Both the position numbers and the translations under genes were made by a program. Positions 48,154-58,203 of a stretch of 64,000 bases of DNA are shown piece after piece (position 1 is the first letter of the stretch; the number at the start of each line of letters is the position of its first letter). The stretch is from positions 2,368,001 through 2,432,000 of the forward strand of contig NZ_JAQNDL010000001.1 in the NCBI RefSeq assembly GCF_028368995.1, read 5' to 3'. Under the pieces are notes generated by a model. That model was not told where the DNA came from. It saw only the letters and a list, made by a program, of their open reading frames with translations, and searched no databases. This stretch comes from Nannocystis bainbridge. Its GTDB lineage: Bacteria > Myxococcota_A > Polyangia > Nannocystales > Nannocystaceae.

Positions 48154-51100
48154 GCGAGACCTCGAGCCAGGACGAGGCGCCGACCCGGCTCGCGGTCACC
48201 GTCGCCGGCGAAGTCGACGAGCAGACCGCGTCCTCGTCGCCGGCCGAGCACGAGGCGCGACGGCTGCTCGCCGCCATGCCCGCGCGGCTCGGCCGCTACC
48301 GCCTGCTCGAGCGGCTCGGCAGCGGGGCGATGGGGGTGGTCTACGCGGCCCGCGACGAGGCGCTGGCGCGCAAGGTCGCGCTCAAGGTGCTGCTGCGCGG
48401 GAGCACGGCCGACCCGCACGCGCTCCACCGCTTGACCCGCGAGGCCCAGGCGATGGCCCGCATCGCCCACCCCAATGTGGTCGTGGTCCACGAGGTCGGC
48501 GAGAGCGACGGCCTGCTGTTCGTCGCCATGGAGATGGTCGACGGGGTCACGCTCGACCAGTGGTGCCGCCCGCTCGGCGGTCCGCGGCCGGACTGGCGGG
48601 CCCGCCTCGACATGTTCCTTCAGGCAGGTCGGGGCCTGGCCGCCGCCCATGAGGTCGGCCTGGTCCACCGCGACTTCAAGCCCAGCAACGTGCTCGTCGA
48701 CGCCCGCGGGCGCGCGCGCGTGCTCGACTTCGGGCTCGCGCGCATCGACGGCGAGCGGGTCGAGGCCGGGGCCTCGATCGTCGCCCGCGGCTCGTTCGAC
48801 GTCGAGCTGACGCGCAGCGGCACCATGCTCGGCACGCCGGCCTACATGCCGCCGGAGCAGTTCGAGGGCCGCCCGGCGACCGCGGTGAGCGACCAGTTCA
48901 GCTTCTGCGTCGCGCTCTACGAGACGCTCGCCGGGGTGCGACCGTTCGCCGGGCGCACCCCGTACGCGCTGCTGCAGACCATCCGCAGCGGCCAGGTCCG
49001 CCCGCCCCCGCGCGATGTCGAGGCGCACGCGGCGTTGTTCACGATCCTCCGCCGCGGCCTCGCCGTCGACCCGGCCCGCCGCTGGCCCGACATGCCGTCG
49101 CTGCTGCACGCGCTCGAGCGGGTGGTGCGGCCGCGGCAGGTGCGACGGGCCACGGTCGCGCTCGGCGTCGCCGCGGCGCTGGCCGGCGGGTTCGGCATCG
49201 CGGCGCTGTCGCTGCGCGGCGAGGCGCCGTGCGCCGCGATCCCGGAGCGCATGGTCGGGGTCGCCGACCCGGGCCGGCGCGCCGAGGTCCACGCGGCGCT
49301 GCTGGCCTCGGGCAAGCCCTACGCGGGTGCTCTGGCCGCCAGCGTCGACGCGGCGCTGACCGACTACGCCGCGGCGTGGACGCGGGTCGCGGTCGAGAAC
49401 TGCGAAGCGACCCGGGTCGTCGGGGACCAGAGCGAGCCGATGCTCGACCTGCGCGCCGCCTGCCTCGACCGTCGGCTCGCCGGCCTCGGCAACGCCGTCG
49501 AGCAATTGCTCGTGCCAGGTCCGCAGGCCTCGCAGCGGGCCCTCGACCTCGTCGACGGCCTCGAGCCGCTAGCCCCCTGCTCCGACCGCGAGCGCCTCGG
49601 CGCCGTCCCGCCGCCGACCGACCCCGAGGCCCGCGCCCGCCTGGCCGCCGTCGAGCGCGACCGCGCCAGCGCAGCGACGCTGCGGGCCGCCGGGCGCGAC
49701 AAGGAGGCGCTGGTGGTCGCCGAGGCCAGCCGCGCCGCCGCAGCGGACCTCGGCTTCGCGCCGGCGCTGGCCGAGGCGGCGCTGGCCGTGTCGCGCCTCG
49801 AGCTCGAGCTCGGCCAGCACGAGAACGCCGCCGCGCACCTGGCCGAGGCGACCACCGCGGCCGCGATCGCCGGCCGCGACGACCTGCTGGTCGACGCCTG
49901 GCTGGCGGCGATCTGGCAGCACAGCGTGCGCGGCGCCTCGCCCGACGTCACCGCGACGCTGATCCGCACCGCCGAGGTCGCGCTGGCCCGCGCGCGCGAG
50001 ACCCCGCGGCTGGCGGTGCTGTTCCACAGCACGGTCGCCCACGCCTACCAGCGGCTGTCGATGCCCGACCGCGCGAGCGCCCACTACGAGGCCGCGCTGG
50101 CCCTGCTCGACGCGCCGGAGATCAGCGAGATCCAGCGCCTGCGGGTCCGCCTCAACCGCGCCACCCACCTGGTCGAGACCGACGGCGGCGAGCTGGCCGA
50201 GAGCACCCTGCAGGCCGTGCTCGCCGACTTCGAGCGCCTGCTCGGGGTCGGCCACCCGCTGACCTCGAACGTGATCTACACCCTCGCCAACCTGGCCGAA
50301 AAGCAAGGTCACATCGAGCGCGCGCTGGCCGAGTTCGAGAGGGCGCGCGCGATCAAGCTGGCCGAGCACGGCCCCGACCACCCGGGCACGATGCTGGCCG
50401 ACGAGCGGATCGCGTCGGTGCTCGAGCAGCTCGGGCGCGAGGACGAGGCGCTGCGGATCTACGACGACCTGCTGGTCCGCACCCGCGCGCGCGACGGCGA
50501 CCGCAGCACCACCGTCGCCCGCCTGCTCAACAACTCGGTCACCCTGCTGGTCACGCGCGGCGCCCTCGACCTCGCCCACGCGCGCGCCAGCGAGGCGCTG
50601 GCGATCGACAGCGCCTTGCTCGGGGACGACCACGCCGACGTGGCGATCAAGCGGGTCAACCTCGCCGAGGTGCTGTCGACCCGCGGCGAGCACGACGAGG
50701 CCGTGGCCCAGCTCGAGCGGGCGCGCGTGGTGTTCTCGCGCACCCTCGGGCCGGCGCACGAGTTCGTGGCGATCACCTGGAGCGCCGCCGGCATGTCGCT
50801 GTCGGCGCTCGGCCGCCACGCGGACGCCCTCACCGCCTTCACCAAGGCCCGCGCGCTGCTGGTCGACAAGTTCGGCGCCGACTACCCCGACCTGCCGACC
50901 CTCGACCTCGCGTTCGGCGAGGCGCTGATCGCCGCCGGGCAATTCGACGAGGGTCTGCAGCGGGTCCGCGACGGCGCCGAGCGGATCGGCGCGCTCCTGG
51001 GGCCGACCAGCGCCGCGGCCCTGCTCGCCCGCGGCCAGCTCGGCAATTGCTTCCTGCGGGCCCGCCGGCTCGATCGCGCCGTCGCCACGCTCGAGGCCGC

Positions 51101-51299
51101 CGTGCGCGACGCCGAGGCCGCCGAGCTCGACGCCCACGATCTCGCCGTGCTGCGCCTCGGCCTGGCGGAGGCGCTCGCGGCTCGTGGCGACCGCGAGCGC
51201 GTGCGGGCTCTCGCCGGGCCCCTCGCGACCTCGCTGGCCGCCGACGACCCGCTGCGCGCCGCGGCCGAGCGCCTGCTCGCCGGCCCGCGCCCGCGCTGA
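48150..51299 (+). CDS. Membrane Ser/Thr protein kinase with C-terminal TPR repeats
   Basis: GTG 48150 overlaps the rhomboid stop; GSGAMG, VALK, HRDFKPSN, DFG and GTPAYMPPE; TM; repeated GxxHP-type TPRs. Confidence 0.93.
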   Translation: MSETSSQDEAPTRLAVTVAGEVDEQTASSSPAEHEARRLLAAMPARLGRYRLLERLGSGAMGVVYAARDEALARKVALKVLLRGSTADPHALHRLTREAQAMARIAHPNVVVVHEVGESDGLLFVAMEMVDGVTLDQWCRPLGGPRPDWRARLDMFLQAGRGLAAAHEVGLVHRDFKPSNVLVDARGRARVLDFGLARIDGERVEAGASIVARGSFDVELTRSGTMLGTPAYMPPEQFEGRPATAVSDQFSFCVALYETLAGVRPFAGRTPYALLQTIRSGQVRPPPRDVEAHAALFTILRRGLAVDPARRWPDMPSLLHALERVVRPRQVRRATVALGVAAALAGGFGIAALSLRGEAPCAAIPERMVGVADPGRRAEVHAALLASGKPYAGALAASVDAALTDYAAAWTRVAVENCEATRVVGDQSEPMLDLRAACLDRRLAGLGNAVEQLLVPGPQASQRALDLVDGLEPLAPCSDRERLGAVPPPTDPEARARLAAVERDRASAATLRAAGRDKEALVVAEASRAAAADLGFAPALAEAALAVSRLELELGQHENAAAHLAEATTAAAIAGRDDLLVDAWLAAIWQHSVRGASPDVTATLIRTAEVALARARETPRLAVLFHSTVAHAYQRLSMPDRASAHYEAALALLDAPEISEIQRLRVRLNRATHLVETDGGELAESTLQAVLADFERLLGVGHPLTSNVIYTLANLAEKQGHIERALAEFERARAIKLAEHGPDHPGTMLADERIASVLEQLGREDEALRIYDDLLVRTRARDGDRSTTVARLLNNSVTLLVTRGALDLAHARASEALAIDSALLGDDHADVAIKRVNLAEVLSTRGEHDEAVAQLERARVVFSRTLGPAHEFVAITWSAAGMSLSALGRHADALTAFTKARALLVDKFGADYPDLPTLDLAFGEALIAAGQFDEGLQRVRDGAERIGALLGPTSAAALLARGQLGNCFLRARRLDRAVATLEAAVRDAEAAELDAHDLAVLRLGLAEALAARGDRERVRALAGPLATSLAADDPLRAAAERLLAGPRPR

Positions 51300-51472
51300 G
51301 CCGGCGGAACACTGTCATGCGCCCGCGAGGTCGGCGAGCGACATGTCCCCTGTGACATGTCCAAAGAGTCATGAACTCTCGCGGCGCCCGTGTCTCGCCT
51401 GGAGCCGGCGCCGGCCCGCTTCTGGCGCTCCGGCCCAACCCGTGCGACCCTGCCACCGTGAACAATAGACTT

Positions 51473-53218
51473 ATGTGGAAGCGGACCTCGATCCTCGCGG
51501 CCGCTGCCGGTGCCGCCCTCACCTTCGCGCACGCGCGCCCGGCCGACGCTTGCGGGGTCAACGGCTGCGACGGCGGCGTGCCCGGGCCGATGCCGGTCAA
51601 CCAGGACGGCGAGAACGTGCTGTTCGTCCTCAACCCCGGCGAGGTCGAGGTCCACATCCAGATCAGCATCGACCCTGACACCAACGCGCAGAAGTTCGCC
51701 TGGCTGATCCCGATCGCCCAGATCCCCGAGTTCGAGGTCGGCTCGCAGCCGCTGTTCGACGCGCTCCTGCAGGCCTCCGTGCCGCAGTACGGCCTGACCC
51801 AGACCTTCGAGCAGTGCGGCGAGGAGGGCATCTCGGCCGGCCTCACCTCGCCGAACGGCGGCGGCACCGACAGCGGCGGCGGCTCCACTGGCGACGCCGC
51901 GACCACCGGGGCGACCGGCGGCGACCCGGTGCTGCTCAAGACCACCGCCGGCGCGTTCGAGATCGTCGTCCTGCAGGACAAGACCGTCGCGCCGATCAAA
52001 GAGTGGCTGCTCGACAACGATTTCCTGTGGATCGACGGCGCCGACGAGACCTTCCAGCAGTACCTCGACGCCGGCCAGGTGATCGTCGCGCTCAAGCTGA
52101 CCGGCGGGGCCGACGAGGGTGACGTGCACCCGATCGTGCTGCGCTACCCGTCCGACGAGAACTGCTTTCCGCTGCGGCTGACCCGCTTCTCGTCGGTCCA
52201 GGACATGGACATCCGCGTGTTCCTGCTGGCCAACGGCCGCGCCGCGCCGACCAACTACCGCCACGTCCTCGTCAACCCGCTCAAGATCGACTGGCTCAAC
52301 TTCGCCGCCAACTACAAAGAAGTCATCGGCAAGGCGGTCGACGAGCTCGAGGCCGACGGCCTGGCCTTCGTCACCGAGTACGCGGGCGCCACCAGCATCA
52401 CCGCGCCGTTCGCCTTCAACGTCTACAGCCCCAACTGGAACGAGGCGCCGTTCGCCGGCCTCGCGCCCGAGCAGGTCATCGAGCGCCTCAACGAGCAGGG
52501 CCTGACGAACTGCTACGAGCCGGGCTTCTGCTTCTACAACCACCCGCTGGTCGAGGGCCTGCTGCGCGAGTACCTGCCGGCCCCGGACGGCCTGTCCGAC
52601 GAGGAGTTCTACGGCGGCCTGGCCAGCTACGTCGACCAGATCGACGCGATGAAGTGGGGCGACGGCAGCGGCTTCGCCACCGGCCTGGCCGAACGCATCA
52701 TCACCCCCGGCCTGCACGCACAGGACCTGCTCGACACCTTCCCGTACCTCACCCGCATGTACACCGTCATCTCGCCGAACGAGATGATCGCGGACCCGAC
52801 CTTCCACATCAACCCGGACCTCGAAGACGTCGACAACGTCCGCGTCGCCACCAACTACAACCTGTGCGACGGCAACAGCGTCGTCACCCTCCCGGACGAG
52901 CGCGAGATCTTCGTGCCCGACGCCGGCCCGTGGCCCGAATTCATCGGCGAGATGTTCTGGGCCGAGGAGATCAGCCAGATCGCCCTCAAGGGCAAGCCGA
53001 TGCACCTCGTCAACAACACCGCCGCGATCAACACCAAGATCGAGGCGTGGAACACCCGCCACGGCTGGCCTCGCAACGCCGCCTCCGGCACCGCCGGCAA
53101 CGACGGCGGCGGCGAGTCCGGCTGCGGCTGCGCCAGCGACCCGGCGCCCAACGGCGCGGCCCTGCTCGGGCTTACGGGGCTCGGCCTGCTGGCGCTGCGC
53201 CGGCGCCGGCGGGCGTGA
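51473..53218 (+). CDS. DUF2330-like exported protein with a MYXO-CTERM sorting signal
   Basis: ATG 51473, signal ending ADAC, FAWLIP, FPLRLT, FVTEYA and YLTRMYT; tail SGCGCA...LLGLTGLGLLALRRRRRA. Confidence 0.82.
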   Translation: MWKRTSILAAAAGAALTFAHARPADACGVNGCDGGVPGPMPVNQDGENVLFVLNPGEVEVHIQISIDPDTNAQKFAWLIPIAQIPEFEVGSQPLFDALLQASVPQYGLTQTFEQCGEEGISAGLTSPNGGGTDSGGGSTGDAATTGATGGDPVLLKTTAGAFEIVVLQDKTVAPIKEWLLDNDFLWIDGADETFQQYLDAGQVIVALKLTGGADEGDVHPIVLRYPSDENCFPLRLTRFSSVQDMDIRVFLLANGRAAPTNYRHVLVNPLKIDWLNFAANYKEVIGKAVDELEADGLAFVTEYAGATSITAPFAFNVYSPNWNEAPFAGLAPEQVIERLNEQGLTNCYEPGFCFYNHPLVEGLLREYLPAPDGLSDEEFYGGLASYVDQIDAMKWGDGSGFATGLAERIITPGLHAQDLLDTFPYLTRMYTVISPNEMIADPTFHINPDLEDVDNVRVATNYNLCDGNSVVTLPDEREIFVPDAGPWPEFIGEMFWAEEISQIALKGKPMHLVNNTAAINTKIEAWNTRHGWPRNAASGTAGNDGGGESGCGCASDPAPNGAALLGLTGLGLLALRRRRRA

Positions 53219-53237
53219 AGCTCCGGGGGTGTCCGAT

Positions 53238-53561
53238 CGGGCATGTCTGAAGGGACATGCTCGTTCGAGCATGTCCTTCGGCGCGATGCTCGGACGCACA
53301 TGTCCCTTCGGGCATGCCTGAAGCGACATGTCGCTTCGGGCATGCCAATCGCTGGCATTCACGAAGAAAATTGTCCAACGGGCATGCCCGGAGCGACATG
53401 CCCCTTCAGGCATGCCCCTCGATGGCATTCAGCAAGAGACTTGTGCAACGGGCATGCCTGGAGAGACGCGCCTGTTCGGGCATGTCCCTCGATGGCATTC
53501 ACGAAGAGACTTGTCGGACGGGCACGCCTGAAGCGACATGCCCCTTCGGGCATGCCGCTCG
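53238..53561. repeat. 70-bp tandem repeat (~3.6 copies) built from 14-bp palindromic subunits
   Basis: Units start at 53309, 53379, 53449 and 53519; each carries a variant of the palindrome GGCATGCCTGAAGCGACATGTCGCTTCGGGCATGCC. Further 14-bp units at 53242/53256/53270. Lies between convergent genes. Confidence 0.9.
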
Positions 53562-53571
53562 TCTCGGGGCC

Positions 53572-54255
53572 TCACGGCTGCGCCGGTTGGGCGCCGCCGG
53601 CGGGGGCCGCCTGCACGGCGCCTGCGGGTCCGGGCGCGGGCGCGGGCGCCTCGGCGATCGCGGGCGTCACCGGCGCGGCCGGGGGCGCGGCGACCTGGGT
53701 CGGCGGGGCCGAGGGCACCACCGCCGGCGGGGTGGCGACCACCACCGGCGCGACCGGGGCCGCGTTCACCTGCGGCACGGCCGGCAGCGGGCGCGCCGTG
53801 GTCGAGGCCGCGCCGCCCATGACGCCGTCGTAATGCCCGAGATAGCTCCACTCGGGGTCGAACAGCATCGTCGCCACCACGAACTCGCCGGTCTTGGGCC
53901 GCACGCGGATCTCGAACGCGTGCCCGTCCTTGGCCGCGCGATCGGCGACGGTCAGCGGGTCGGGCTGGGCGTCCTTGTCGAGGTCGATGTGGCTGAACTG
54001 CCCCGGCTGCTTGTTCAGCGCCTCCTGCAGCTTGTCGGCCGTCTTCAGGCGGTTGAAGCTCACGAGCATCGACACCGGCTCGACCGCGAGGTCGGCGGAC
54101 AGCGGGCGATCGACGCCGGTCGGCGCCGGGGCCCCGGCCATCGACGCCCGGGTGAAGGTGGCGTCCTCGTCTCCGGATGGGTCGACCGGCTTGCCGCACG
54201 CGACGGCGAGGACGGCGAGGACCAGGGCTGCGCTCCGAGCTGTACTTTCGAACAT
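53572..54255 (-). CDS. Hypothetical lipoprotein with a Pro/Ala-rich tail
   Basis: ATG 54255 after GGAGG; lipobox AVAC; IDLDKDAQPD EF-hand-like loop. Confidence 0.7.
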   Translation of the reverse strand: MFESTARSAALVLAVLAVACGKPVDPSGDEDATFTRASMAGAPAPTGVDRPLSADLAVEPVSMLVSFNRLKTADKLQEALNKQPGQFSHIDLDKDAQPDPLTVADRAAKDGHAFEIRVRPKTGEFVVATMLFDPEWSYLGHYDGVMGGAASTTARPLPAVPQVNAAPVAPVVVATPPAVVPSAPPTQVAAPPAAPVTPAIAEAPAPAPGPAGAVQAAPAGGAQPAQP

Positions 54256-54424
54256 GTTGCCTCCGCGAGGGCTCACGCCCCGAGAGCGAGGAGAGCGCGG
54301 CCCGGACGGCGCCGCGGGGCCGGTCGCACGGCGAGGGGCCCGCCCGGCAGTATAACGAGGCCGCGACCGCACGGCAGCCGGCGCGCACGCGACCCGGTAA
54401 ACGGCCTATACTGCCGCGGCCGCC

Positions 54425-55933
<1,509 letters not shown>

Positions 55934-56020
55934 CGCCGGTCGCGCGCGACCGCGAGTGCGCGTGCAGGCGACCTCGGAGGTCGCCCCTGGTCGCGGTCGA
56001 GCGATCCGCCCGTCCCGCCG

Positions 56021-56668
56021 CTACCGGGCCAGCATCGACTCGACGCAGTTGTGCGCCGCCGGGCGGCCCCAGTCGCGGACGTTGACGTACGCGTGGACCA
56101 GCTGGCCCGCGGCGTCGACGAAGTACGTGTCGGGCAGCTTCTCGCTGCCGTAGGCCGTGTGCAGCTTGCCGGTCGGGTCCCACAGCACGCGCACGCCGGT
56201 CTGCTCGAGGCCCATGCGGGCCAGGAACGGCGCCACCAGGGTCTGGTCCTGGTCGACGCTGACCGCCACGATCACCACGTCGTCGCGGTGCTCCAGGCGC
56301 TCGGCCAGGCGGTCGAGCTGCGGCCACTCGCGGATGCACGGCTCGCACCACGTGGCCCAGAAGTTGAGGACCACGAACTTGCCGCTCAGGTCGGCCAGGC
56401 TGACCGGCTGGCCGGCGCGGTCTTGCAGCGTGAAGTCGGGCGCCGGGCCCTCGCGCAGCTCGGGCTCGAGCGCGCGGCAGGCCGCCTCGGCCTGGGCCTT
56501 GGCGGCCGGGCCGAGCGAGGCGGCGAACCAGAACATCCACAGCGAGCCGATGGCGATGAACACCACGTAGGCGAGCGGGCCCAGCAGGCCGCGGCGCTCT
56601 TCCCCGTCCTCGAGGACAGGTGCTCTCAAGCCCGCGGGCTCGCCCGCCGGAGGCCGCGTGTCCGTCAC
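56021..56668 (-). CDS. TlpA/ResA/CcmG-family thiol-disulfide oxidoreductase
   Basis: TM anchor, APDFTL, LNFWATWCEPC and LPDTY; GTGA overlap with the upstream DsbA gene. Confidence 0.9.
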   Translation of the reverse strand: MTDTRPPAGEPAGLRAPVLEDGEERRGLLGPLAYVVFIAIGSLWMFWFAASLGPAAKAQAEAACRALEPELREGPAPDFTLQDRAGQPVSLADLSGKFVVLNFWATWCEPCIREWPQLDRLAERLEHRDDVVIVAVSVDQDQTLVAPFLARMGLEQTGVRVLWDPTGKLHTAYGSEKLPDTYFVDAAGQLVHAYVNVRDWGRPAAHNCVESMLAR

Positions 56669-58083
56669 TTGCCGGGCTTCTCCTCGGCGTCGGCCATGAT
56701 CTTGTCATAGACCTGGCCGCGCGGCGTGCCCTCGTCGACCAGCTTCTGCGCCTTGGCCTTCTCCTCCTCGATGAGGGTCTTGAAGCCTTCGTAGGGCTGG
56801 GCGCCGGACAGGAAGCGGCCGTTGACGAAGAACGACGGGGTGCCGCCGCTCTTCAGCCGGTTGGCCACCGCCTCGTCGTCCTTGACCATCTGCTCGGTCT
56901 CGGCGGCGGCGAGGTCGAGCTCGAACATCGCCACGTCGAGGCCGAGCTCCTGGGCGTGCTTCTTGACTGTCTCTTCGGACATGTCCGAAGGGCTCTGGAA
57001 CAGGCGGTCGTGCATCTCCCACGCCTTGCCCTGGCGGTGGGCCGCCAGCATCGCCCGGGCGCCGACGCGCGCCTGCGGGTGCATCGCCAGCGGGCGCTGA
57101 CGGAACACGATGCGCACGTCATTGGGGTAGTTCTGCTTGACGTCGGCCAGGGCCGCGTTGACGCGCTTGCAGAACGGGCACTGGAAATCGCTGAACTCGA
57201 CGATCGTGACGAGCGCGTCGTCGGGACCGAACTGCGGGCGGGCGTCGAGCGGCACGCGGTAGGTCTTGCTCGGATCGGGGCCGTCGTCGCGCTGGCTCGG
57301 GGCCTTGCCGGGCCCGCCGCCGCCGCGCTGGGCCTTGGCGTCCTTCATCATCGCGCCGTAGACCTCGGCGCGCGCGGTGCCCTGGCTCTCGAGCTGGCGG
57401 GCCTGCTCGCGCTCGTACTCGAAGATCTCGCGCCACTGCTTGGCCGGCAGCGAGCCCGAGTAGGGGCGGCCGTTGACCAGGAAGTACGGCGTACCGGTCG
57501 CGCCGGCCTTGCCGCCGGACACGTAGTCGCTGTCGATCGCGGCCTTGGCGGCGTCGCTGGTGCGGTCGGCGTTGAACTTGGCGAGGTCGAGGCCGAGCTG
57601 CTGCGCGTGGGCCTCGAAGGTCTTGTCGTCGAGCTTCTTCTGGTTGCCGAACAGGAGGTCGTGCATCTCCCAGAACTTGCCCTGCTGGTGCGCAGCCCAC
57701 GCCGCCTGCGACGCGGGCGGCGCCAGGTTGTGGCCCGGCAGCGGGTAGTGCTTGAAGATCAGGCGCACGTCGCCCTCGTAGGTGCCCATCGCGTCCTTCA
57801 GCGGGTCGGTGACCTTGGCGCAGAACGGGCACTGGAAGTCGGAGTACTCGATCACGGTGACGAGCGCGTCGTTCGGGCCCAGCTGCGGCTCGTCGCCGCG
57901 CAGATCGGCGCGGTAGCGGTCGCCCTGCTCGAGCTTGGCCGAGGGCACGAAGAAGCGGTCGCGGACCCACTGCCCGGCGTAGAAGCCGACCCCGATGGTC
58001 GCCGCGAACCCGAGGACCGCGACCAGGATCGAGGTGGTGGATCGCTTGTTGGGGGTGGGTGCAGGCGTCGTGGCGTCGGACAT
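56665..58083 (-). CDS. DsbA-family protein with two thioredoxin-fold domains
   Basis: ATG 58083; TM; two SDFQCPFC motifs and two GTP cis-Pro loops. Confidence 0.9.
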   Translation of the reverse strand: MSDATTPAPTPNKRSTTSILVAVLGFAATIGVGFYAGQWVRDRFFVPSAKLEQGDRYRADLRGDEPQLGPNDALVTVIEYSDFQCPFCAKVTDPLKDAMGTYEGDVRLIFKHYPLPGHNLAPPASQAAWAAHQQGKFWEMHDLLFGNQKKLDDKTFEAHAQQLGLDLAKFNADRTSDAAKAAIDSDYVSGGKAGATGTPYFLVNGRPYSGSLPAKQWREIFEYEREQARQLESQGTARAEVYGAMMKDAKAQRGGGGPGKAPSQRDDGPDPSKTYRVPLDARPQFGPDDALVTIVEFSDFQCPFCKRVNAALADVKQNYPNDVRIVFRQRPLAMHPQARVGARAMLAAHRQGKAWEMHDRLFQSPSDMSEETVKKHAQELGLDVAMFELDLAAAETEQMVKDDEAVANRLKSGGTPSFFVNGRFLSGAQPYEGFKTLIEEEKAKAQKLVDEGTPRGQVYDKIMADAEEKPGK

Positions 58084-58203
58084 CGTCGACCTCGTGGGTA
58101 CCCAATAGTAGCGCGCGATGCAAACCGGGAGGGGACGCCCGGCCCCGTCGCGCACGGGGCCGGGCGGGTCAGGACCAGGCGATGCCTGGCCCGGAGACCA
58201 GGC

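Noticed and set aside
46453-53218. Rhomboid as the sortase for the downstream MYXO-CTERM protein
   Set aside because: Proximity only; rhombosortases act on GlyGly-CTERM, and MYXO-CTERM processing is attributed to a different protease family.
53309-53561. 70-bp array as a CRISPR array
   Set aside because: The segments between palindromes are near-identical rather than unique spacers, the repeats are degenerate, and no cas genes are in the window.
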